A stretch of 52,520 bases of DNA from the IMG/VR virus record IMGVR_UViG_3300031576_000059, positions 1-52,520 of that record; one strand, 5' to 3'. The translations under genes and the position numbers were made by a program. This document shows positions 9,747 to 19,192 of this stretch, one piece after another. Source of the DNA: a virus. Lineage: Duplodnaviria; Caudoviricetes. The notes beneath the pieces are model-generated. The model searched no databases, was not told the origin of the DNA, and was given only the letters and a program-made list of their open reading frames with translations. Position 1 is the first letter of the stretch; every line of letters begins with the position of its first letter.

Positions 9747-9777
9747 GATCTACTAGTACATACTGATCTAGTAGATC
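9747..9777. promoter_or_regulatory. AT-rich 10-bp inverted repeat, operator-like
   Basis: GATCTACTAG-N11-CTAGTAGATC, intergenic. Confidence 0.5.
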
Positions 9778-9783
9778 CTCTCC

Positions 9784-10680
9784 GTGGAGTCTCAAGTGGA
9801 ACTCGCAAAGAAGGGCCTCAACGACGGTGAGACGATCCAGATCCGCACTCTCGCCACCGCGTTCTCCAAGGAGCGCGGCATCGCTTTCAAGGAAGCCAAG
9901 GCGCAGGTGATCAAACTCCTCCGCCGCGCTGGGATCTCCAAGAGCGTCACCGGCAAGCCGATCTACGGCACGCAGAAGGTGCTGATCGCCGACGCCGAGC
10001 GCGCTCTCGCCAAGGCCGCACTCCCTCCAGTCCCCCTCGACACCCCCTCCGTCACCGCCCGTCTCGACACCCTCCGCACCGCTTCCGACGCCGTGCTCGC
10101 ACAAGTTCCCGCCCCCGCACCTCAAGGCGGCACCGGCGATCTCGAAACCGATCCCGTCGATGAATCCGCGTTCATCGAGGACGCCGCCCGTGACACCGGT
10201 GGTTTTCCTCCAGTCCCCAACCTCCCCGCCGAGTACGTCCACCTCTTCGTCAACCGCTCCCCGGCTCGCGTGATGCACTTCCACCAGCGCGGGTGGCGCG
10301 CACCCACTAACCCCGCGACGCTCCTCAAGTGGGACCCCTCCGGCCTCCTCCTCAAGAAGCGCCTCGCCGACGGCCGCGTGTACCACGAAGACACCGTTCT
10401 CATGGTCCTCCCACGCAAAATCTGGAACGCCCGCCAAGCCGCTCGCTCTACCTTCCGCTCCGACCGCTCCGCCGAGGTCGTCGAGACCTTCCACGAGAAC
10501 ATCACCGAGGCCCAGCGGCAGCTCCACGATCAGCACGGTCTCAAGGGCAGCGAGCACGTCGCCTCGATCCATCTCGAAGACGACGAGATCCAAGATCGCG
10601 CAAAGTTCTCGAAAGCCAAGAAGGCCGGCGCTCCCCCGAAAGCCTTCACCGATCTCGCCTCCAGAGGGACTCGCACATGA
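9784..10680 (+). CDS. Hypothetical head-region protein
   Basis: 298 aa ORF with genome-typical codon usage. Confidence 0.7.
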   Translation: MESQVELAKKGLNDGETIQIRTLATAFSKERGIAFKEAKAQVIKLLRRAGISKSVTGKPIYGTQKVLIADAERALAKAALPPVPLDTPSVTARLDTLRTASDAVLAQVPAPAPQGGTGDLETDPVDESAFIEDAARDTGGFPPVPNLPAEYVHLFVNRSPARVMHFHQRGWRAPTNPATLLKWDPSGLLLKKRLADGRVYHEDTVLMVLPRKIWNARQAARSTFRSDRSAEVVETFHENITEAQRQLHDQHGLKGSEHVASIHLEDDEIQDRAKFSKAKKAGAPPKAFTDLASRGTRT

Positions 10681-10784
10681 CGACTTGTATTCTGGACTCG
10701 ATCCTCCTTGTCTCTACTCTCTCAGACTCCCTCGAACCGATCCTACGTGAGATCGTTGCTGCTCCTGGAGACCCCAACCTGTGA
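10677..10784 (+). CDS. 35-aa ORF carrying a copy of the capsid N-terminal motif
   Basis: ATGA coupling; STLSDSLEPILREI versus MCP STFSGFFEPILREI. Confidence 0.45.
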   Translation: MTTCILDSILLVSTLSDSLEPILREIVAAPGDPNL

Positions 10785-11003
10785 CCCCCAAGCCCCCGAA
10801 GCTCTGTCCAAAATGCCTCGCTCCTCTCCTCCCCTCCGACCCCCAGCAAGCCTCCCCGAACCCCTCCGACATCAGCTACCGAAAGGAGCACACCGTCTGC
10901 CCCACACCTCGCCAAAAAGATCCCCCTTCCTCTTGACTCCTGCACCCCCGTGCCGCACCCTCCTCTCGTAACGCCCGCATAGAGCGGCGACGAGGAGCAC
11001 CCG

Positions 11004-11942
11004 ATGCCGACCACTACCTCAACCTTCTCAGGCTTCTTCGAGCCGATTCTGCGCGAGATCACCAACCAGTCCTTCCGCTCCCAGCCAACCGAGTACACCT
11101 CGGTCATGCGAACGATCTCCTTCGCCAAGCACACAGAGACCTTCCAAGAGTTCGCCCAGCTCGGCCTCGCCTACGACAAGGCCGAACTCGCTCCCATCGT
11201 CTTCGACGACCCGATCCAGGGCGGTCGCAAGGAATACCAATCCCGCGTCAAGGCCCTCGGCTACAAGTTCTCCTACGAAGCCGAGGAGGACGACAAGTAC
11301 GGCGTCGTCGTCGGCGTGGTCAGCTCGATGGGCGACTCGTTCCGCGAGACCCAGGAGATCGACGCCGCGACCGTCTGGAACCGCTGCTTCGCCGCCGACA
11401 CCCCTGGCACCGACCTCCTCACCTACGACGGCCTCAGCATCGTCAACACCGCTCACCGCCGCCTCGACGGAGGCCCCAACCAGTCGAACCTCTTCACCGG
11501 CGACATCTCTCTCGCTCTGATCCAGTCCTTCCGCTACCACTACCGCAACCTCCGCAACGACCGCGGCTTCCGCAACCAGGGCCACAAGCTCTCGAAGATC
11601 GTCATTGCCCCGGACGCCACGACCGAACCTCTCCTCGACCAGATCCTCGGCGGCTCCGGGATGCAGCCCTTCACCTCCGACAACACCCCGCACGAACTCG
11701 GCGCGATGCGCACGGGCATCCAGAAGGTCGTCTACTCCTACCTCGACGACACCGACCGCACCATAGCGCTCAGTAACCTCGCGCTCTCCAAGTCCGACGG
11801 TCCCTTCTGGGCCAACCGCCGGATGCTCTCAATGACCTCATGGGACGACGACGAGATCCAGGGCTCCTGCCACGCAGGCTCGTACCGCTGGTCTCAGGGC
11901 TGCCCGGACTGGCACGGGATAGCTGGTTCGACCGGGGTTTGA
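11004..11942 (+). CDS. Major capsid protein (Mu gpT-like, HK97 fold)
   Basis: SD GAGGAG; ALGYKFSYEAEEDDKY, DGLSIVNTAH, C-terminal YRWSQG.DWHGIAGSTG as in gpT-like MCPs. Confidence 0.85.
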   Translation: MPTTTSTFSGFFEPILREITNQSFRSQPTEYTSVMRTISFAKHTETFQEFAQLGLAYDKAELAPIVFDDPIQGGRKEYQSRVKALGYKFSYEAEEDDKYGVVVGVVSSMGDSFRETQEIDAATVWNRCFAADTPGTDLLTYDGLSIVNTAHRRLDGGPNQSNLFTGDISLALIQSFRYHYRNLRNDRGFRNQGHKLSKIVIAPDATTEPLLDQILGGSGMQPFTSDNTPHELGAMRTGIQKVVYSYLDDTDRTIALSNLALSKSDGPFWANRRMLSMTSWDDDEIQGSCHAGSYRWSQGCPDWHGIAGSTGV

Positions 11943-12376
11943 TGATGAAACTGTCTCTCGAATACGTAGCCGGACTCGTGGACGGAGAAGGCTGCATCAG
12001 TCTAATAAAATCGGGGAAGTCGAAAAACTCCGTGTCAGTACGTCGTTACCCAAGAGTTGTCGTAACGAACACACACTTCGGAGTTCTTCTTCTGGCCGAG
12101 CAGTTCGGTGGAAGGGTTTACGTGCATCAAAGACCTGGGGAAGTAACGAAGACCGGAGTTCGCGCCAGTAAGCCGTGCTTCAATTGGCAAACTGGATCTA
12201 AGCAGGCACGAGATCTCTTGACGGCTATTCTTCCCTTCCTGGTGATTAAGCAGGCGAAAGCAAAAGCAGTTCCGGCGCAGGACGACTACGGGAAGCCCCG
12301 TCGTAAACCTGTCGCGGTTTACAAAGTTGATCGTGGCTTGATTCAAGAAGCGCCTCCACTGGCGTTCGAGGCATAG
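11942..12376 (+). mobile_element. Free-standing single-motif LAGLIDADG homing endonuclease gene
   Basis: YVAGLVDGEGCISL, VTNT, QFGG, ILPFLVIKQAKA; lower GC than flanks. Confidence 0.88.
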
Positions 12377-12385
12377 AGGACTCAG

Positions 12386-13132
12386 ATGGCGATCACCAAC
12401 AACACCCTCACCCGCGGCGGCATCCGACCGGCCAACGACTTCGGCAGTGGGGGCACCTACCCCTCGGCCCCGACGTGGTACGGCTGGGTCGTGGAGAACG
12501 ACTCCTACCCCAGTGGCGCGCCTCTGATCCTCAGCGGCACCGCGGGCGAACTTGGGCTCGTCGATTTCGGCGCCGCTGAGATCGCCGATGACGCCTGCTT
12601 CGGCGTCTCCGTTCGTATGTCCCCTCGGCGCCAAGACCTCGCTCCTCTGACCTCCGCCACCGCTCCCGCCACCGCTCTTCCGTGGCAGCGCACTGTTCCC
12701 GCAGCCGTCGCTCCCGACTACGCCAACCCCGCCGACGAGACGAGCGGGATCCTCTTCCACCCCTTCCTCCCCGGCATGATGTTCGCGGCGCACCACGTCA
12801 CTTCCGCTGCGGACAACGACGGAGGCTCCGACCGTACCTCCGCCGCAGGCAACATCTACGACGGCCCCGTGAACATCTCCTTCGGCCGAACCGTCACGGG
12901 CGTCTCGAACATGCAAGACATGGACTACAACATCGCTGATGAGTTCGTCCTCCTGAACACCGACGCGAATGCCATCGTCGGCGACCACTGCGTCATCATG
13001 GGCTTCGCCAACCCGCAGCCGATTAGCACCGTCGCCGCTGTTCCCGGTGGCCCGGCAGTCCTCAACGTCGGCACGCAGCAGAACTGCCTCGTCTTCTTCA
13101 CCGTCGTCGCGGCGGGGTCGATACTCTTCTAG
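12386..13132 (+). CDS. Putative capsid decoration or minor head protein
   Basis: SD AGAGGA; follows the MCP; beta-rich composition. Confidence 0.55.
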   Translation: MAITNNTLTRGGIRPANDFGSGGTYPSAPTWYGWVVENDSYPSGAPLILSGTAGELGLVDFGAAEIADDACFGVSVRMSPRRQDLAPLTSATAPATALPWQRTVPAAVAPDYANPADETSGILFHPFLPGMMFAAHHVTSAADNDGGSDRTSAAGNIYDGPVNISFGRTVTGVSNMQDMDYNIADEFVLLNTDANAIVGDHCVIMGFANPQPISTVAAVPGGPAVLNVGTQQNCLVFFTVVAAGSILF

Positions 13133-13141
13133 GAGCCCTCG

Positions 13142-13759
13142 GTGGCAAGCACCCATTCCAGCGGCCCGGTCGTCGAAACCGGGGTCGTGAACTCTCAGCA
13201 AGCCGCGAGGAGCAGCGTTCGGGGCCTCGTCGCGTTCATCCCCGCGTGCCAAGCCTTCCTTACCACGACCCAGACCAACTGGCTCGCCAACCGCCGTGGC
13301 AACGGTCAGTTCAGCATGCGCCACGCGAACGTGGACGAGACCAGCGTGGTCGGTTTCGCCATCACCGGCGCTCTCTTCAACGTCGTAGACGCCGCGGTCG
13401 CGGAGCGAGGCGAACGTGCTCGTGGTGCCCGTGTCAACGCGCTCCAGTTCTCGATGATCAACCCTGCGACAGGCGGCGCCGCTCTCGACGCCGCTCCGAC
13501 ACTCGCCTGCTTCCTCCAATCCTACGCCGCGGATGCCGTGGCCTTCGTTGTGGGTGCAGCCGTCGCCGTGACGGCCAATGTCGCCGCGGTCGTCACGACC
13601 AGCGACACCTTGCAGCGCCGTCCGCGCTGGACTCTCGACACGCCACAGATCATCTCCGCTCTCAACCAAGTTCTCTTCGCCGAACTCACCATCAACCACG
13701 CCGCCACAAGCGATCTCGAACTCGAAGGCTGCATCATCGAATACGATCTGCTCACGTAG
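13142..13759 (+). CDS. Putative virion structural protein
   Basis: SD AGGAG; jelly-roll-like composition. Confidence 0.6.
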   Translation: MASTHSSGPVVETGVVNSQQAARSSVRGLVAFIPACQAFLTTTQTNWLANRRGNGQFSMRHANVDETSVVGFAITGALFNVVDAAVAERGERARGARVNALQFSMINPATGGAALDAAPTLACFLQSYAADAVAFVVGAAVAVTANVAAVVTTSDTLQRRPRWTLDTPQIISALNQVLFAELTINHAATSDLELEGCIIEYDLLT

Positions 13760-13772
13760 AGTGGGACTTCCC

Positions 13773-13961
13773 ATGCCCCCGAAGCTCCGCAAGCAGCCAA
13801 AGAAGCCCCCCGAGCCCAGCGCAGTGTCTCGCGCTCGTTCCGCAGGCTCCAAGCGCCAGCGCTTCTCCGGCACCGTCACCGACGCTACCCCCGTCACCGA
13901 CCCCACCCAACGGCGGCTCAAGGAGGCCGAAAGCTCACTTCGCCGGGCCGCAAGGAGATAG
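13773..13961 (+). CDS. Small basic hypothetical protein
   Basis: Fills the gap between structural genes. Confidence 0.5.
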   Translation: MPPKLRKQPKKPPEPSAVSRARSAGSKRQRFSGTVTDATPVTDPTQRRLKEAESSLRRAARR

Positions 13962-13967
13962 CCCCTC

Positions 13968-14567
13968 ATGGCCCGAGTGCCCTGGCACCTCGCTGGACCC
14001 ACACGCAACCTCCCCATCGCCGCGACAGGCGGGGTTCCGATTGTCCTCGCACCCCCACACCCGAGCGCCGGCCAAGCCTGGACAATGGCGAAGTGCAAGC
14101 CCACCGCGGCCGTCATCGCCACCGCCACGACCCTGACCCTCGCCACCACCGCGACATGGAATGAGGCAGAAGCGTGGGCGACACTCCGAGTGACCGCCGA
14201 CCGCCTCCGCGACACCTCCTTCCGCTGGATGGGCCGCGTCTACCGCATCACCGCCCACTCCGTCGCCGCGCTCATCACCTGGACTCCAGCTCTTGTCGAT
14301 CCCATCGGCGCGAACGACGACATCGAGATCCAGGCGGATCTCCCCCCGATTCTGTCGTACCTCCTCCTCGACACCGCGGGCGTGGCGATCCAGTGGTCCA
14401 TGAGCGAGGACGACACTCCTGTGGAAGCCGAGATGGCGGACCTTGCGAACGGCGAGAGCGAGATCCTCGTAGACACAGATCAGATCATCGGCACCCCCGC
14501 GAAGAAGGTGCAGATCGTCGGCTCAGGCGCCGCCGGGTCTGCGCAGGTCCGATGCTTCGCAGCCTAG
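13968..14567 (+). CDS. Putative virion structural protein
   Basis: SD AAGGAG; 199 aa. Confidence 0.65.
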   Translation: MARVPWHLAGPTRNLPIAATGGVPIVLAPPHPSAGQAWTMAKCKPTAAVIATATTLTLATTATWNEAEAWATLRVTADRLRDTSFRWMGRVYRITAHSVAALITWTPALVDPIGANDDIEIQADLPPILSYLLLDTAGVAIQWSMSEDDTPVEAEMADLANGESEILVDTDQIIGTPAKKVQIVGSGAAGSAQVRCFAA

Positions 14568-16516
14568 CGGCACTCGCAGCGGCACTCGTTCTCACGGCGG
14601 GCGCGGCGTTCGCGGATCCGGGGATCGGCGGCGGCATCTTCGGCTCCCCGGAGAACCCGCGGGTCATCGAGGTCTGCTCGACGTGCGCCACGACCGTCAT
14701 CTGTGGTGCAACCTGCTCCAGCGCTACTTCCGCCTGCGCCGCTGGAAGCGCCGTTGCAATCGCCGCGCAGACCGCCTCGATCACCAACCCGATCACGATC
14801 AAGGCTCGCCCCGGCGTTTACAACGAGTGCGTCGTCATCGAGATGACGGATCTATCCCTCGTACTCGATCCCGGTGCTATCGTCAAGCCGACAGTAGCGG
14901 CGGTTCTTGACGTAACTGGCGGGGTCCTTCGCATCGGCCCCAATAACGACGGTGTGACACCGACCCGCATCAAGATCCAGGGCGGCACATACCACAATAA
15001 TGCTTTCAGTGGCCCCGAATCTGGATGCCAGATTGGTGCCGAGGGAGGAACAAGAGCTGTCGGCGAGATCACGTTCGACGGCGTGACATGCATTGGACTC
15101 CATGATGGACTGCAAGCGGCTCCTCTTAGTAGTGTCACGTCCCAATTGACATTCAGGAATGTTCTAAGTATCTCCGGCCACGATTCCTGTGCTTTCAAGA
15201 ACGGCGACCCCGATTCTACGGTCATAGCCAACGGGCTTACGTGTCTTTCGTGGTCGAATTACTGCGCCCCAGCGAGCGGTGTCAACTTCACGTCCTGCGG
15301 TACCGGCAACGATACAACCCACATGTGCATCACGTCGGGGCCGGCAGCCGATTCTCTCCGGGGAATTGAACTGACACTAGGAACCTGCGCGGCAGCGGGG
15401 GCCTACACCGTTACAGCCAACACCACCTCGCTTCTTACGTTTACTCCGGCAGCAGGAGTCGCCACAGACGCCACATGCACTATCAATTTGACCACAGTGA
15501 ACGACGAGGACTCGCTCTGCACTGACGACTGGATCACGCTCAATTCCCCCTGGAAGTCAGCAGCGCTTCATTTCGCCAATACAGCAAACGGATCTTATAC
15601 CTTCGCTAATTTCACCGGCAGAACCATCATCAACAGCGGCCTTGGAGGAGCGGCTGCCACAGGCGCTACGGCATCGGTCATCTCCAGCATCTCGAACTCT
15701 GGCGCCGTGGTGATCGACGGTCTGACGGGAGAACTCCAGATCAACATTGACTCTTTCAACGATGACACGCCTGCGGATTCGGTCATACCTGTTGGCGGTA
15801 TTATCATAACGAGCGAGCCCGTGAATCTCTCCATCTCCAACGGCTTCATTAAAGTCCGCAACACCGCCGATCCCGACATGAACATTGGCGGGGTCAAAAT
15901 GGGGCTTGTAGGCGGCGGCACAGGAGCCCTCAAGCTGTCGCGCATCGTCTTTGACGTAGATTCGACAGTCGGCGGCTACGCGGCGACAACGCGGGATCTC
16001 TGGTTCCTCGATGACGCCCTGGAGACTCTTGCTGTTCAGGATATCACATCTCTCCGAAACGGCGGTACAGTGCAAGCCCTGTGGTCCACGACGGCAACTC
16101 CGGTTCTCACAGGGAACTGGTGCGATCATCAATATTTTGTCAACCTGAACCCCAACGAAGCCGCCGACGCCTTCGCTTCATTCTCCTCGAAGGAAGTCGT
16201 GGGTGGCACAAGCGCCCAGAACGCCACGGAAACGAGCGTAGACGATACAAGGACTCCGAAGGCTCTGTGGTTCCGGGATCTCAATGTCTTGGTGGATGTA
16301 GCTCCGGCCACTACGGATTCCTGGGATCTAACGCTCATGGATGATGGAGTCGCTACGGCTGTGACGTGTCAGATCCTCGGGGCGGCCACGACATGCACCT
16401 ACTCGGGGTCTCCCGTCCTTGTCGCGGTTGGATCGAAGATCGACATGAGGATCGATCAGACAGCAACCCCGGCGCTGGCGGCTGAGATGCTTATCGGTGT
16501 GTGTGCTGCGCCGTGA
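14552..16516 (+). CDS. Beta-helix tailspike/fibre-like protein with an N-terminal Sec signal peptide
   Basis: MLRSLAALAAALVLTAGAAFA-DP; ITIKARPGVYNE beta-helix cap; Cys/Thr rich; C-terminal beta-sandwich. Confidence 0.65.
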   Translation: MLRSLAALAAALVLTAGAAFADPGIGGGIFGSPENPRVIEVCSTCATTVICGATCSSATSACAAGSAVAIAAQTASITNPITIKARPGVYNECVVIEMTDLSLVLDPGAIVKPTVAAVLDVTGGVLRIGPNNDGVTPTRIKIQGGTYHNNAFSGPESGCQIGAEGGTRAVGEITFDGVTCIGLHDGLQAAPLSSVTSQLTFRNVLSISGHDSCAFKNGDPDSTVIANGLTCLSWSNYCAPASGVNFTSCGTGNDTTHMCITSGPAADSLRGIELTLGTCAAAGAYTVTANTTSLLTFTPAAGVATDATCTINLTTVNDEDSLCTDDWITLNSPWKSAALHFANTANGSYTFANFTGRTIINSGLGGAAATGATASVISSISNSGAVVIDGLTGELQINIDSFNDDTPADSVIPVGGIIITSEPVNLSISNGFIKVRNTADPDMNIGGVKMGLVGGGTGALKLSRIVFDVDSTVGGYAATTRDLWFLDDALETLAVQDITSLRNGGTVQALWSTTATPVLTGNWCDHQYFVNLNPNEAADAFASFSSKEVVGGTSAQNATETSVDDTRTPKALWFRDLNVLVDVAPATTDSWDLTLMDDGVATAVTCQILGAATTCTYSGSPVLVAVGSKIDMRIDQTATPALAAEMLIGVCAAP

Positions 16517-16815
16517 TCCTCCTCGCCACCCTCCTCGCCACCTGGACCCTCGCCACGGATTGCGCTCCGCTCGCCCACTGCCCACGCACCACCCACTACC
16601 AGTTCGAAGTCCTCCGCGTTTCGATGGTGCCCGGAACCTGCGCTGACGGCTCTTCCTGTCTCGTTGCAGGCGTGGACAGGCTCTCCCCGTCGTGCGTGGT
16701 TTCGGGTACCTCCCTTGACTGTCCCTCTCTTGCGCCCGGTGACGCCTACCTCCTCCACTGTCTACGCGCCTGCAACGCCGCAGGGTGCTCGCCGTGCGCG
16801 GAGACCTCCTGGTGA
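16513..16815 (+). CDS. Cys-rich protein with a hydrophobic N-terminus, FN3-like
   Basis: GTGA coupling; LAPGDAY...LRACNAAGCS resembles the FN3 C-terminal strands. Confidence 0.5.
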   Translation: MILLATLLATWTLATDCAPLAHCPRTTHYQFEVLRVSMVPGTCADGSSCLVAGVDRLSPSCVVSGTSLDCPSLAPGDAYLLHCLRACNAAGCSPCAETSW

Positions 16816-17195
16816 GCCCCGCCCTCGAAACCTCCCTCGTCGGCCTCCTCGGCGCCCTCACCACCGTTGCAATCTCCGTGGGCTCCATCTTCGGCGCCCG
16901 CAAATGGAACTCCTGGCGCCACGTCAACGGCCGCGACCGCCGCAGCGCCTCCCGCAACGGCACGAACGGCGGCTGCCTCCTCGCTACTGGCCGAATGCCA
17001 GATTCCGCGATGCCCAAGGCAGCTCTTGACTACTACACCAACACCACCGAACTCCTCCGCGATATCGTCAACAGCCAGGGTGATATCGTCAACCACCAGG
17101 AGCGCATCGCCGGGTGCCTCGAACGCCTCGAACGTCGCGCTGAGACCGGGGGCGACGCCCTCATTCGACTTCTGGAGCGCCACCGCGTAGACTAG
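16812..17195 (+). CDS. Single-TM membrane protein, holin-like
   Basis: N-terminal hydrophobic helix, basic patch and coiled coil, directly before the endolysin. Confidence 0.55.
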   Translation: MSPALETSLVGLLGALTTVAISVGSIFGARKWNSWRHVNGRDRRSASRNGTNGGCLLATGRMPDSAMPKAALDYYTNTTELLRDIVNSQGDIVNHQERIAGCLERLERRAETGGDALIRLLERHRVD

Positions 17196-17210
17196 CCTCG
17201 GAGGCCCCCG

Positions 17211-17648
17211 ATGCTCGACCTCACCGACCTCACCCCCGATCTCCGCGTTCGAGTAGACGCCCTCATCGCCATCGCCAACAGCGAAGGCATCTCCGTCGTC
17301 AAGACCTCCGGCCTCCGCACCTTCGCCGAACAAGCCGACCTCTACCGCGCCTACCGCGAAGGCCGCCACAAATACCCCGCTGCTGCCCCAGGCCTCTCTC
17401 GCCACCACGGCTACTGGTCCGGCCTCACTGCCGCTGTCGATCTCTCCCCCGTCGATGCTGACCCTGACACCATCGAACACCAAAAGGACCGCCTTGGCAT
17501 CCTCGCCCGTGACATCGCCCTCGTCTGGGGCGGGGACTGGAAGACCCCCGACCGCGTGCATTTCGAACTCCCCGGCCTCGATCCCTGGACCCGTTTCACC
17601 CCTCTCTGCACCGCTATAGACGCCTTTCTGAAAGCCCTCTCGCCGTGA
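17211..17648 (+). CDS. Endolysin, M15-family (L-Ala-D-Glu) peptidase
   Basis: SGLRTFAEQADLY, APGLSRH, AVD, WGGDW, DRVHFEL; SD GGAGG. Confidence 0.92.
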   Translation: MLDLTDLTPDLRVRVDALIAIANSEGISVVKTSGLRTFAEQADLYRAYREGRHKYPAAAPGLSRHHGYWSGLTAAVDLSPVDADPDTIEHQKDRLGILARDIALVWGGDWKTPDRVHFELPGLDPWTRFTPLCTAIDAFLKALSP

Positions 17649-18490
17649 GCACCACCATCTTCCGCCCTACATCTCAGGGCGCCGACTCCAACATGACCGC
17701 CGTTGGTCTCGTTGACGGATCCCAACAGTGGGACGCCCTCAACGAAGATCCCCGCTGGCCAGCGCTCGATCTCGACTCCCACGACGGCTGGACGACCTAC
17801 CTCAGTGCCACCGTGGCGATCACCACACCCTCCAGTTTCATCTTCTCCGACCTCTGGCACCCCACGAACTTTGCCTTCGGCACACCCGCCGGATTCAGCG
17901 CTCCCCTCATCTCCTCCCTCACTTTCACCGTCGTCGCCTCTCATGGGCTCGCTCTCGGCGACGCCTCCCAGCGTGGGCTCCTCGGTCAAACTCGCCCCCT
18001 CACTCTCCACGTCCGCCGCGCCGGCGTCAGTACCGACATCGGCTCGATCACCATCACCTCCACCGGCGCAAACCCCTCTAACGACTCCATGCGCCCGTAC
18101 ACCTCCGTCTCCACCCTCGATCCCGTCACTGGTCTCGCGTGGGCCGGCTCCGATCTCCTCTCCGGCTCCCTGGAGTTCGGCATTCGTGGGGCCGCGGGCC
18201 TCATCGGCGTCTCCGTCTCCCAGCTCTTCGTCGCCTTCGCCGGTACCTGGAGCGAGAACTTCCACCTCCCCGGCAGCGGAGTCTTCCACCGCGGCCCGGC
18301 GATGCACGACACCGTACACATCGACTCCATCTCCGGCATCCCCTACCACCGCTCCGACCTCGCGCAAGTCAACGACCCCCGCCACCCTCACTACGGCCTC
18401 CTCCTTCGCCCGGAAGAACTCGACGACATCAACCCAGAGCCCACGGAGCCGAGGTTCGTCGAGGGGGATCTGGAGGGCCATGATGCCTGA
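17645..18490 (+). CDS. Putative virion protein
   Basis: GTGA coupling; genome-typical codon usage. Confidence 0.65.
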   Translation: MSTTIFRPTSQGADSNMTAVGLVDGSQQWDALNEDPRWPALDLDSHDGWTTYLSATVAITTPSSFIFSDLWHPTNFAFGTPAGFSAPLISSLTFTVVASHGLALGDASQRGLLGQTRPLTLHVRRAGVSTDIGSITITSTGANPSNDSMRPYTSVSTLDPVTGLAWAGSDLLSGSLEFGIRGAAGLIGVSVSQLFVAFAGTWSENFHLPGSGVFHRGPAMHDTVHIDSISGIPYHRSDLAQVNDPRHPHYGLLLRPEELDDINPEPTEPRFVEGDLEGHDA

Positions 18491-18511
18491 GATATGTGGT
18501 AGGATCCCCCT

Positions 18512-19183
18512 GTGACCCTCGCCGATCTCCGCACCCAAGTCCGCATCCGTCTCGGGGGCAGCTCGCGTCAAGACCTCATCTCCGGCGATGGCCTCACCGC
18601 GCTCGACTACTGGATCAACTTCGCCGTCCGCGAACTCGCCCACACCTTCCGCTTCCCGCAGCTCGAACGCCTCGACTCCTCCCGTACCACCTCCACCGCC
18701 GACGCCTTCGTCTCGATCCCCTCCGACGCCTACGCCATCCGCACCGTCTTCGACATCACGAACGCCGTCTATCTCCGCCCGCTCCCCGGCGGCTTCGAAG
18801 AGTACGAGCGCACCCGAGTTCTCTCCTCCGATCAAGGCCGCCCGACACACTGGGTCCGTCAAGCCTCCAGCATCTACTTCAAGCCCCGCCCCAACGGAGC
18901 CTATGGTCTCCGAATGCTCGTCCAAGACGAGCCCGCGACTCTCGCGGCTCCGGGCGACATCCCCATCATCCCCGAAGTCTGGCACGACGCCATCATGCTC
19001 CTCGCAGTCCGCAACGGCTGGAACGCTCTCGACGAGACCTCCCGCGCAACGGCTGTCGAACAAGGCGAGTACCGCGCCTTCCTCACTCGCGTCCGTCTCC
19101 CGCAAGCCATCGAATCCCACACTCGACGCCCCCGCGGCATTCGTGCGTGGCGCGGGATACGAGATCGCCGACTCGGTATCTAG
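18512..19183 (+). CDS. Head-tail adaptor / tail tubular protein A-like
   Basis: MTLADLRTQVR...WINFAVREL, GRPTHW, IYFKPRP, PIIPEVWHDAI are typical of podovirus adaptors. Confidence 0.75.
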   Translation: MTLADLRTQVRIRLGGSSRQDLISGDGLTALDYWINFAVRELAHTFRFPQLERLDSSRTTSTADAFVSIPSDAYAIRTVFDITNAVYLRPLPGGFEEYERTRVLSSDQGRPTHWVRQASSIYFKPRPNGAYGLRMLVQDEPATLAAPGDIPIIPEVWHDAIMLLAVRNGWNALDETSRATAVEQGEYRAFLTRVRLPQAIESHTRRPRGIRAWRGIRDRRLGI

Positions 19184-19192
19184 GAGCCCCTC

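Noticed and set aside
10933-10961. Capsid promoter TTGACT-17-CACCCT
   Set aside because: The -10 box is too weak to call in such C-rich DNA
10713-11060. Diversity-generating retroelement template/variable repeat pair
   Set aside because: No reverse transcriptase is present, the repeat is short, and mismatches are not adenine-specific
12035-14215. Long antisense ORFs (also 3654-5387, 17411-19120, 20364-21995, 25595-26986)
   Set aside because: They are shadows of real + strand genes caused by C-ending codon bias and high GC; no motifs
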